NCBI GenBank assembly: GCA_964474705.1 | Contig: CAYYUI010000007.1 | Location: 15,061-79,060, forward strand | DNA length: 64,000 bases | Direction: 5' to 3' | From: an uncultured bacterium | GTDB lineage: Bacteria; Muiribacteriota; Ozemobacteria; Ozemobacterales; Ozemobacteraceae | Shown here: positions 1 through 7,415 of the stretch, piece after piece | How positions within the stretch are numbered: the stretch's first letter is position 1 | How the letters are laid out: every line of letters starts with the position of its first letter | Notes under the pieces: generated by a model | What the model was told of the DNA's origin: nothing | The model's input: only the letters and a program-made list of their open reading frames with translations | Database searches by the model: none | Translations under genes and position numbers: made by a program

Positions 1-399
1 CTTTGGCAATATAAGAAACACTGCGATATCGCGACAGGTTGGAACCATCGGCTCGATGCTGATTGTTGCTCTCTTCGCTTACCAGAATCGCCTGAGCATC
101 AGGGTACTTTTTCTGCAGTTCGAGGGCCTTGGGCATAAACGCCTGCAGGTCGGCACTTTCGGTAGCCATTGCTTCCTTTTCCTGCTGTCGGGCTGTGAAG
201 CTGATGTTCTTGATGTTGTTTCGTTCGATTTCAGCACTTTCTGAACCGACCAGCAGTAGTGCTTTGTCGTTCTTGTATGTCAGAGAGTCTGCTTCCTGGG
301 TTGAACCGTCAGAAAGGGTTATTACGGCAGAGTTTCCTGGGTTTGCCAATGCAAAAAAGCAAAGGAAACACAGCAGGGATGTTTTGAGGATGTTTTTCA
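1..399 (-). CDS. Partial CDS (runs off window 5' edge) for a hypothetical secreted protein. TTG start at 397-399, preceded by GGAGG with a 6-nt spacer. N-terminus MKNILKTSLLCFLCFFALANPGNSA is signal-peptide-like.
   Basis: Manual translation of the minus strand gives an open frame from 399 to position 1 with no stop. RBS GGAGG sits upstream of TTG, and the N-terminus is hydrophobic. The supplied ORF track does not list it because the ORF runs off the window. Confidence 0.45.
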
Positions 400-522
400 A
401 AATGTGCCTCCGGCATAGTTGTATGCTGCAATTATAGTGAGAAAAGCGCCAGAATAAAAGCAAAATCTCCTGAAAATGAGCATTTTGAGAAACCATCCGG
501 CAGACACTTTTGTAATGCAGTA

Positions 523-552
523 ATAAAAAAGGCGTTGCCGGTTGGCAACGCC
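523..552 (-). terminator. Rho-independent terminator downstream of the rhodanese gene.
   Basis: Hairpin ggcgttgcc-ggtt-ggcaacgcc at 531-552. A6 on the plus strand at 525-530 gives a T-run after the hairpin on the minus strand. Confidence 0.65.
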
Positions 553-572
553 TCGGAAAGGTCGTCGGTTAT

Positions 573-1112
573 TTACTTGGCTTCGTTAACCGGGTTACCG
601 GCCTCGATCCATCCCTGAATTCCTTCGGGATATTCAATCAGGTTGGTGTAGCCAAGCGATTTGAGGTGGGTATACAGCTTGTGGCTGGCAGGGCACTTTA
701 GATTGGCACAATAAGTGATAACCAGAGTATCTTTTTTGGGCAGCACTTTGGCTATTTCTTCGGGTTTCGATTCAGAGTTCAGCGACAGAGCACCGGGCAG
801 TCTTTTGCCATCATCCCATTTGCCGCTGCGGGCATCGAGTATGGTCAGGGGCACTCCACTGCCGATCAATGTTTTCAGACCGGCTGTGTTGATGGTCGCC
901 GGTGATTCTTCCTTGACTGGTTCTGTCTCGGAGGCAGGCTTTTCTGATTTTGCTTCAGCTGCACAGACTCCGTCTGGGCAGGATTCATCAGCCTTGGGTG
1001 CAACAGCTTCTTTGTGCTCATGTGAACAGCTGCTGCAGCCTTCTTCAGCAAAAAGAACCGGGTTGAATGAACCGATCAGCAACACAGCAAACAACAAAAC
1101 TTTAAGTTTCAT
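573..1112 (-). CDS. Secreted rhodanese-like sulfurtransferase, single rhodanese domain with a C-terminal active-site Cys (YCANLKCPAS). Likely start is MKLKVLL at 1112, preceded by AGGAG; the listed ORF extends to 1148.
   Basis: Signal peptide MKLKVLLFAVLLIGSFNPVLFA. A Cys/Glu-rich linker precedes the rhodanese fold, which ends in the CxxxC(P)A motif. RBS AGGAGAAAATCAA lies upstream of the ATG at 1112. Confidence 0.7.
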   Translation of the reverse strand: MKLKVLLFAVLLIGSFNPVLFAEEGCSSCSHEHKEAVAPKADESCPDGVCAAEAKSEKPASETEPVKEESPATINTAGLKTLIGSGVPLTILDARSGKWDDGKRLPGALSLNSESKPEEIAKVLPKKDTLVITYCANLKCPASHKLYTHLKSLGYTNLIEYPEGIQGWIEAGNPVNEAK

Positions 1113-1192
1113 TTGATTTTCTCCTAATTGATATTTAATTTGTATCATCTAATTAGATATTACAACAAATTGATTTAATGTCAAACTATTTT

Positions 1193-2296
1193 TTACTTTC
1201 CCATAAGATATTTTAATGGAATCTCGAGCCGCCGTGCCCAGGCGGCTTCGCTGTGGGTTGCCTGCTCATCGAACCAGCCCAGCAGGTTTTCGCCTTCGAT
1301 AAAGCCGCGTTGTTTGAGCAGTTCGACCATTGCGAAGTAGCTTTCGGCAATCGGCGGTTCGAATTCTCCGGTATCCAGATAAATTTTGCTGTTGAAGGGA
1401 AGGCTTTTTGCATTGCGTACCTGGGCGAAAATCTTGTCACTGGTCTTTTGAAAGGCGCTTGACAGGCAGCCGGCCAGTGCAAATTCCTCACTGTATGCAA
1501 GCAGCATCTGCAGCGACATCAGACCGCCCATCGATGAACCCATTATTGCATTGTATTTACGGTCGCGCGAGACATTGAATCGCCCTTCGATAAAGGGTTT
1601 AACCTCTTCGACGACGAAGCGCCCATAAGCCTTTCCTTCACGTGTAAACATGTTGAGCTCTTTCATGCGGTCAGGTGAATTTGGAATGCCGACCACAATG
1701 CATGGTCTGATTTCGCCGGCTTCGATAAGCCTGTTGACCGTTTCGTCCACTTTCCAGTCGACTCCGGCAAACGAGGTAGCCGGTTCAAACAGGTTCTGGC
1801 TGTCGTGCATATAGATGACCCCAAATGGTTCACCCTTCTCGGAATAGGATTCTGGAAGCCATATCTGGATCGGGCGTTGATATTTGAGGTTCTGGCAGGG
1901 CAATCCGTTATAACTTAGCAGTTTGCCTTTAACCGGGTCTGATTCGAGCATCTGCTGGTCAAGCCAGTCGTAAACGGTGATATTGACAGTTTTATTTCTG
2001 GTGGCTTTGATGACAATGTTCTCTGGGGGAATCTGTTTGCGGTCGGTTATCGCCTGCGTTTTCCAGTTGCCGCGCGTCAGTTTGCATTCAATTATGCTGC
2101 CGGCCGGGGCGTTGATCTGAAGTGTATAAGAATCGTCTTCGGAAATTTCCAGAGGTTTTTTATCTGGTTGCCAGTTTCCCAGCTGGGGCAGATTGCCGGT
2201 TAAAAAAATCCGATCACCCTGAGGGACTATGGTTTTGAGTTTTACTTTGAGAAGGATTTGCACTGACGATTTTCCGGTTTTTGCGATGGTTTGCAT
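1193..2296 (-). CDS. Putative esterase (alpha/beta hydrolase of the esterase D / enterochelin-esterase-like family) with an N-terminal CBM20/48-like starch-binding beta-sandwich.
   Basis: N-terminal LTGNLPQLGNWQPDK...ECKLTRGNWKTQ resembles the CBM20/48 LGNW motif. The C-terminal region carries the GSSMGG (GxSxG) nucleophile elbow and the YMHDSQNLFEP pattern of the PF00756-type 'putative esterase' family. Confidence 0.65.
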   Translation of the reverse strand: MQTIAKTGKSSVQILLKVKLKTIVPQGDRIFLTGNLPQLGNWQPDKKPLEISEDDSYTLQINAPAGSIIECKLTRGNWKTQAITDRKQIPPENIVIKATRNKTVNITVYDWLDQQMLESDPVKGKLLSYNGLPCQNLKYQRPIQIWLPESYSEKGEPFGVIYMHDSQNLFEPATSFAGVDWKVDETVNRLIEAGEIRPCIVVGIPNSPDRMKELNMFTREGKAYGRFVVEEVKPFIEGRFNVSRDRKYNAIMGSSMGGLMSLQMLLAYSEEFALAGCLSSAFQKTSDKIFAQVRNAKSLPFNSKIYLDTGEFEPPIAESYFAMVELLKQRGFIEGENLLGWFDEQATHSEAAWARRLEIPLKYLMGK

Positions 2297-2305
2297 TGAT
2301 TTTTC

Positions 2306-2339
2306 CTTAAAAAATTAAGCCGCCCGTTGACCGGGCGGC
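2306..2339 (-). terminator. Rho-independent terminator after htpG.
   Basis: Hairpin gccgcccg-ttgac-cgggcggc at 2319-2339. A-run at 2308-2314 on the plus strand gives a T-run on the minus strand after the stem. Confidence 0.65.
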
Positions 2340-2345
2340 ATTCTT

Positions 2346-4301
2346 TTACAGAGCTCCTGCCATCAGTTCGGCAACCTTGCGGTTAAACCCGGCAGGGTCG
2401 GGGAGTTGCCCGCCTTCAGCCAGCAGAGCCTGACCGTATAACAGGTCGGCATATTCTTCGAGGCGCGGGTTCTTGCTGTCACGCGCAAAAAGTTCGTGCA
2501 TCTTGCTCAGAAGCGGGTGCCCGGGGTTGAGTTCAAGCGTGCGCTTAACCTGTGGAACATCTTTGCCGGAAGCCCGGAGAAGGGCTTCGAGATGTGGTGT
2601 CATTTCGCCTTCTTCGCTCACCAGACAGGCTGCAGAAGTGCTCATCCTTCCGGAGAGTTTCACTGCTTTGATATGCTTGTCGAGTTTGTTCTGAATCAGC
2701 TCGAGAAGAGATTTCCACTCTTCTTCCTTTTTCTTGAGGGTTTCAGTGGTCTTCTTGCGTTCTTCTTCAGAACCCAGTTCGAGGCTGCCACGGGCGGCAG
2801 ATTTGATTTTTTTCGATTTGTGTTCGGTGCAGTACTGCACCCATACTTCATCTACCGGGTCGGTCAGCAGAAGCACTTCATAGCCCTTTTCCCGGAATGC
2901 TTCAAGATGCGGGCTGTTTTCGATGACTTCGCGCGATTCACCGGTCAGATAAAAGATTTTATCCTGTTCCGGCTTCATCCGTTCCATGTATTCGGCCATC
3001 GTATACCAGTCATTGCTGGAAGCCGTACTCTGAAACAGGCAGCATTCAAAAAGCTTTTCTGAATTGCCGGGTTCTTTGAACAGCCCTTCTTTGATGACTG
3101 AACCAAACTGCTTCCAGAAGCCGATATATTTTTCGCGGTCTTCACCGAGCATTTTCTTGAGGGCGTCGAGAACCTTTCTGGTAACGGTCTTGCGAATCGT
3201 CTGAATCTGGCGATCGTGTTGCAGGATCTCGCGGGAAATGTTCAGCGACAGATCTTCTGAATCGACTACACCCTTGACGAACCGCAGATAGTCAGGAATG
3301 AGTTCTTCGCAGTCGTTCATGATGAAGACGCGCTTGACATAAAGATTGATACCACGCTTTGAATTCGGCATGAACAGATCGAAACCCGGTTTCTCAGGAA
3401 TAAAAAGCAATGAATTGAATTCGTTCGCAGTGCCCTCAGCTTTGAAAGACAGCCATTTCAGCGGATTGTTCCAGTCATGGCTGATATGCTTGTAGAATTC
3501 ACGATACTCTTCTTCGCTGACATCTTTCTCGGGGCGCAGCCAGATTGCCTTCATCGAATTCAGGGTTTCGTCTTCAATAATCGTCTGTTCTTTGGCGCCC
3601 TCTTTGGGTTTGCCGTTTTCATCGCGTTCGATGCTGGTGCGTTCAACCTGCATTCTGATCGGGTAACCGACAAAGTCAGAATACTTTTTTACGACCTGGC
3701 GCAATACCCAGTCCTGGGTGAAGTCCTGAAAGTCTTCATCGTCCTTGTCTTCGGGCTTGAGATGAAGGATGACGGTGGTTCCGCAGGTTTCCCTGCTGCT
3801 TTCGGAAATGGTATAATTGCCTTCTCCGCTTGAAGTCCACGCCCAGGCTTCGGTTTCACCTGCCTTGCGGCTGATGAGCTCGACTTTGTCTGCGACCATG
3901 AAGCTTGAATAGAAGCCAACGCCGAACTGGCCAATGAGTTCAGGGGCTCCTTCTTTCTTTTCACTTGCTTTCTTCAGCATGTCGGCAAATTCAGCAGTGC
4001 CTGATTTTGCGATGGTGCCGATATAATTGATGATCTCGTCGCGGGTCATGCCAATGCCGTTGTCGGCGATGGTCAATGTCCGATTCTTTTCGTCGGTCGA
4101 CAATCTGATGTGAAGATCTTCAGTCTGTTTGCGAAGGTTTTCGTTGGTCAACGAAGCGAATCTAAGCTTGTCGAGTGCGTCAGAAGCATTAGAAATCAGC
4201 TCGCGAAGAAAAATTTCCTTGTGCGAATAGACTGAATGAATCATCAGATCAAGTAATTGTCGGGCCTCGGTCTTGAATTCATGAGTTGTTGAGCTGGTCA
4301 T
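2346..4301 (-). CDS. htpG: Molecular chaperone HtpG (Hsp90).
   Basis: N-terminal ...EARQLLDLMIHSVYSHKEIFLRELISNASDALDKLRF... is the canonical HATPase/Hsp90 signature. Length is 651 aa. Confidence 0.95.
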   Translation of the reverse strand: MTSSTTHEFKTEARQLLDLMIHSVYSHKEIFLRELISNASDALDKLRFASLTNENLRKQTEDLHIRLSTDEKNRTLTIADNGIGMTRDEIINYIGTIAKSGTAEFADMLKKASEKKEGAPELIGQFGVGFYSSFMVADKVELISRKAGETEAWAWTSSGEGNYTISESSRETCGTTVILHLKPEDKDDEDFQDFTQDWVLRQVVKKYSDFVGYPIRMQVERTSIERDENGKPKEGAKEQTIIEDETLNSMKAIWLRPEKDVSEEEYREFYKHISHDWNNPLKWLSFKAEGTANEFNSLLFIPEKPGFDLFMPNSKRGINLYVKRVFIMNDCEELIPDYLRFVKGVVDSEDLSLNISREILQHDRQIQTIRKTVTRKVLDALKKMLGEDREKYIGFWKQFGSVIKEGLFKEPGNSEKLFECCLFQSTASSNDWYTMAEYMERMKPEQDKIFYLTGESREVIENSPHLEAFREKGYEVLLLTDPVDEVWVQYCTEHKSKKIKSAARGSLELGSEEERKKTTETLKKKEEEWKSLLELIQNKLDKHIKAVKLSGRMSTSAACLVSEEGEMTPHLEALLRASGKDVPQVKRTLELNPGHPLLSKMHELFARDSKNPRLEEYADLLYGQALLAEGGQLPDPAGFNRKVAELMAGAL

Positions 4302-4445
4302 TTAGAAACTCCTTTCGCGTGTTTGATTTTTCAGGCAGATATTTAAGCAAGAATTCCGTAAAAGTGCAATACCCCCGCATTATTGTCTGATATGACGGTT
4401 GCAGCGAGAGAAAAGGGGACTGATTGCTGGATTCTGCAGTTTAAG

Positions 4446-5957
4446 CTATCGGCGGCGCGGTCCGCGTGGCCCGCGTGAACCGCGATTCCCGGCCTGATGC
4501 TCGTGGTTTTCCGGCCGGCGGGTCGAAGCCTGAGACGACGGTTTAGGCAACGCTTCTGGTTCGATGCCGCGACCTTGCCTGATGAGCTGCTGATGAAATG
4601 AATCGATAAGCAGCAGCAGCATGTCTTCTCCGTGCTCATGACCGGTAAGTTCCTTTAGAAGACCATGATAGCGTTTCATGCGTTCTTTAACCGCAGTGGA
4701 GGCATCGCGAAGTCCGCCTTCAAGATGGGCTCCAAGCTTTTCAGATAGCCGGTTGCGAACGTGTTCTTCGGTTGGTAAAGGTCTTTCTTCCAGAGATATG
4801 CCGGCCCGGCGGGCAAACTTCTTGAGATCGACTGCCTCCAGCTGGTTGACCAGACTGATTGCTACACCGCGATTGCCGGCTCTGGCTGTTCGGCCGGCAC
4901 GATGAATATACTGGTCGGTGTCTTTGTGCATGTCATAGATAAAAACGTATTCAAGATTGCTGATGTCGATACCGCGCGCTGCAATATCAGTAGCTACGAG
5001 AAATCTGAGGGTTTTCTGTTTCAGCTTGGCCATAACCACTTCGCGGGCGTTCTGGCTGAGATCGCCGCTTATCTGATCGGCATCATAACCAAAACGCTTC
5101 AGTATTGCGGCAACATATTCGACTTCATTGCGCGTATTGCAGAATATAATGGCATTGTCAGGGTCTTCTAGCTCTATAACCCTCATCAATGCCCGGTCTT
5201 TCTGCATCGGGTCGACGACGTAAAAAATGTGATCCATTTCAGAAACGTGAACTCCGTCGCCGCTGAAAGTTAAGAACTCTGGATTGCGCAGGAATCTGAC
5301 GGCCAGCCTCTTGACACTGTCAGGCATGGTTGCAGAAAACATTGCCGAACAACGCCGCGAGGGAAGAAACTCGCCAATGCGTACCATATCCTGGTAAAAA
5401 CCCATCGAAAGCATTTCGTCAGCTTCGTCGAATACAAGATATTTAATCGTTTTGAGATTCAGAGACCCCCGAATGAGGTGGTCAAGCAGGCGCCCCGGAG
5501 TGCCGATGATAACCTGGGTGCCATTTTTGAAAGCTTCAAGCTGTGGACGATATGAGGTTCCGCCATATACAGGAACTGCTGATATGTCCATTTCTGCTGT
5601 CATCAGCTGGAATTCCCCGTAGACCTGCTGCGCCAGTTCGCGGGTCGGCACAAGAATCAAAGCCTGACAGCCCTTCTGGGTGCCCTTCAGGCGCTCACAC
5701 AGCGGCAGAAGAAATGCGGCGGTTTTCCCGCTTCCCGTTCTTGACTGGACGATGACATCACGATCGGCGAGAAGATACGGCGCTACTCCTGCCTGAACCG
5801 GCATAAGATCTTTCCAGCCTCTTTTGCTGATCGCCGCCTGAATCTCGCTGCTGAAATCCTGAATTTCTGATGGAGGAAGCACTTCGACAAAACTTCCCGG
5901 GGTCTCGTGCTGCAGCTTTTCGCTTTCTTGTTCGTGGGACATGCTGTTACCTTTCAT
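4446..5957 (-). CDS. DEAD-box ATP-dependent RNA helicase with a C-terminal Arg/Gly-rich tail (CsdA/DeaD-like).
   Basis: Motifs present: GSGKTAAF (motif I), SAT, DEAD (VFDEADEML) and HRAGRTARAG (motif VI). The C-terminus ...NRGSRGPRGPRRR is RGG-like. Confidence 0.9.
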   Translation of the reverse strand: MKGNSMSHEQESEKLQHETPGSFVEVLPPSEIQDFSSEIQAAISKRGWKDLMPVQAGVAPYLLADRDVIVQSRTGSGKTAAFLLPLCERLKGTQKGCQALILVPTRELAQQVYGEFQLMTAEMDISAVPVYGGTSYRPQLEAFKNGTQVIIGTPGRLLDHLIRGSLNLKTIKYLVFDEADEMLSMGFYQDMVRIGEFLPSRRCSAMFSATMPDSVKRLAVRFLRNPEFLTFSGDGVHVSEMDHIFYVVDPMQKDRALMRVIELEDPDNAIIFCNTRNEVEYVAAILKRFGYDADQISGDLSQNAREVVMAKLKQKTLRFLVATDIAARGIDISNLEYVFIYDMHKDTDQYIHRAGRTARAGNRGVAISLVNQLEAVDLKKFARRAGISLEERPLPTEEHVRNRLSEKLGAHLEGGLRDASTAVKERMKRYHGLLKELTGHEHGEDMLLLLIDSFHQQLIRQGRGIEPEALPKPSSQASTRRPENHEHQAGNRGSRGPRGPRRR

Positions 5958-6145
5958 TCTTCTTGCTTTTAGTTTTCGCTATTCTAAGAGTGTTTTACCT
6001 GACTGTCAAAGTTTAGTGTGTGTGGTAAATATGCCTCGTGTAAAAAATTATCAGCCCGAGGTAATTTAACCGCGTATTTGAACAACTACTGGATTACAGG
6101 AACCTGAAATCTTGATTGTACCGGTATTGTTGCCTTTACAGCAGT

Positions 6146-6161
6146 TGGCATCCAACTTGCT
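6146..6161 (+). promoter_or_regulatory. Candidate sigma-54 (RpoN) promoter TGGCAT-N5-TTGCT, with GG at 6147-6148 and GC at 6159-6160.
   Basis: Exact -24/-12 spacing (GG-N10-GC) and a near-consensus TGGCAC-N5-TTGCA. No plus-strand CDS follows. An intrinsic terminator lies about 170 nt downstream. Confidence 0.4.
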
Positions 6162-6171
6162 ATATTAATGA

Positions 6172-6352
6172 TTGAAGGTCACTGAAATATAGAAATCTGC
6201 TGAGTATAAGTTTTCGGGCCTGCATGCCGGGCGTCTCTCTAAACAGGCATGGAAGGCTCGTGTTGGGTTGCAGCAGAATTAAAAAAAGGAATTTAGCTGC
6301 CCTGGAAGGTTGGATAGTCATCACCCCCCGGTAATCCGGGGCTTTTTTTTAC
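6172..6352 (+). ncRNA. Candidate small non-coding RNA of about 180 nt between the sigma-54-like promoter and an intrinsic terminator. Only 15-36 aa ORFs lacking RBS are present.
   Basis: Promoter-like element upstream and a strong terminator downstream (6323-6352). The internal stretch tgcatgcc...ggcatgga (about 6220-6256) can form a stem. Confidence 0.3.
6323..6352 (+). terminator. Rho-independent terminator, plus orientation.
   Basis: ccccccgg-taat-ccgggg followed by T8 (gcttttttttac). It is not oriented for the minus-strand genes. Confidence 0.7.
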
Positions 6353-6576
6353 CCGTTCTTTTTATCTGATTCTGAGTTGTCGCGATCTTCGGCTTCATCG
6401 TCGTCTTCTGATACCAGCATGGCTTCGAGAGGATTGGGGCCTGCCGTTTCATCATTGTCGACGTGAGACTCATGCTCGGGATCAGGTTTTACAAAAAACA
6501 GAATCACCAGAAACGCGAGCAGAAAAAAGATATCGCCGGCGTAGCGGATCAGAAAAGGGGGTTCAATGGGGTTCAA
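6349..6576 (-). CDS. Small hypothetical membrane protein (75 aa) with one TM helix and a highly acidic C-terminus. Its start overlaps the creatininase-family stop by 4 nt.
   Basis: ORF with hydrophobic core IFFLLAFLVILFF and an ATGA-type overlap with the upstream gene, suggesting translational coupling. No recognisable family. Confidence 0.4.
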   Translation of the reverse strand: MNPIEPPFLIRYAGDIFFLLAFLVILFFVKPDPEHESHVDNDETAGPNPLEAMLVSEDDDEAEDRDNSESDKKNG

Positions 6577-7337
6577 GGTCGCAGACCTCCCTTGATGCGC
6601 TTAAATGAAGCCAGCCATTTTTCCAGGCGGGTCTGCAGATCTTTTGTGACCTGACTGGTGAACTGCTTTGCCTTTTCTCTGTCAAAATCGGGGCGACCCT
6701 GGCCCGGGTGGTCTATCAGCACCTCACCGGGCGGCGGAAAAAGCCAGATCCCATCATCGACAACGTAATCGTCGTTTTCTGGCAGATAATTGTCAGCATT
6801 CACCAGTTCAGGGAAATAGTCGAGAATCATGGCGGTTTCTTCAACTGCTGCGTGCCCGCCAGGTTTGCAGCCATATATTCTTTCGACGAAATGTTCGCTG
6901 ATCAGCCACCAGTTAACTACAGCCAGACCTGATGGTCTGATACGCGACAGACGCCTGATGACCTTTTTGAGTGCTTCACGATTGCCGCCATGCCCGTTGA
7001 TAACGATGATGGTTTTAAAGCCCTGGCTGCGAAAATTGTCGATGACTTTTTCGATGAAAGCCTCGAAAAGCTCCTCCGGAAAAAAGCTGGCAGGCGATGT
7101 CTGGGCCAGGACATTGGTTAATCCGTATTCAAAGGAAGGGGCAATCACACCGTTCAGGGCAATACTGAGCTGCTCGGCGATTTTTTCGGCACACAGAGTG
7201 TCGGTGCCGACCGGGAGATGTCTGCCATGCGCTTCCAGAGTTCCGATTGGCAGAAACAGCGGCGATTCGGTTTGCAGAATTTCTTCGACTTCGAGGGTAT
7301 TCATGCTCTTCAGAAATCGCGGTTGGCAAATTTTCAT
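6573..7337 (-). CDS. Creatininase-family amidohydrolase (creatinine amidohydrolase / ArfB / MftE-like fold).
   Basis: Metal-binding motifs PIGTLEAHGRHLPVGTD and VINGHGGN are typical of PF02633. Confidence 0.8.
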   Translation of the reverse strand: MKICQPRFLKSMNTLEVEEILQTESPLFLPIGTLEAHGRHLPVGTDTLCAEKIAEQLSIALNGVIAPSFEYGLTNVLAQTSPASFFPEELFEAFIEKVIDNFRSQGFKTIIVINGHGGNREALKKVIRRLSRIRPSGLAVVNWWLISEHFVERIYGCKPGGHAAVEETAMILDYFPELVNADNYLPENDDYVVDDGIWLFPPPGEVLIDHPGQGRPDFDREKAKQFTSQVTKDLQTRLEKWLASFKRIKGGLRP

Positions 7338-7415
7338 CTGTTTCTCCCTTGTATTTTTTCCATGTTATCACAGTGCAGCTGTAGTAAAATAGCCATATCT
7401 TCTTGTTGAGGGGAA

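Noticed and set aside
2496-3062. 188-aa plus-strand ORF, with other plus-strand ORFs at 2473-2694 and 3477-3833, antisense to htpG
   Set aside because: They lie entirely within the strongly homology-supported htpG gene on the opposite strand and are low-complexity or F-rich translations typical of antisense frames.
4302-4445. CIRCE/HrcA or sigma-32 heat-shock promoter upstream of htpG
   Set aside because: No TTAGCACTC-N9-GAGTGCTAA inverted repeat and no convincing CTTGAAA/CCCCAT pair could be found by eye, so no regulatory feature is reported.
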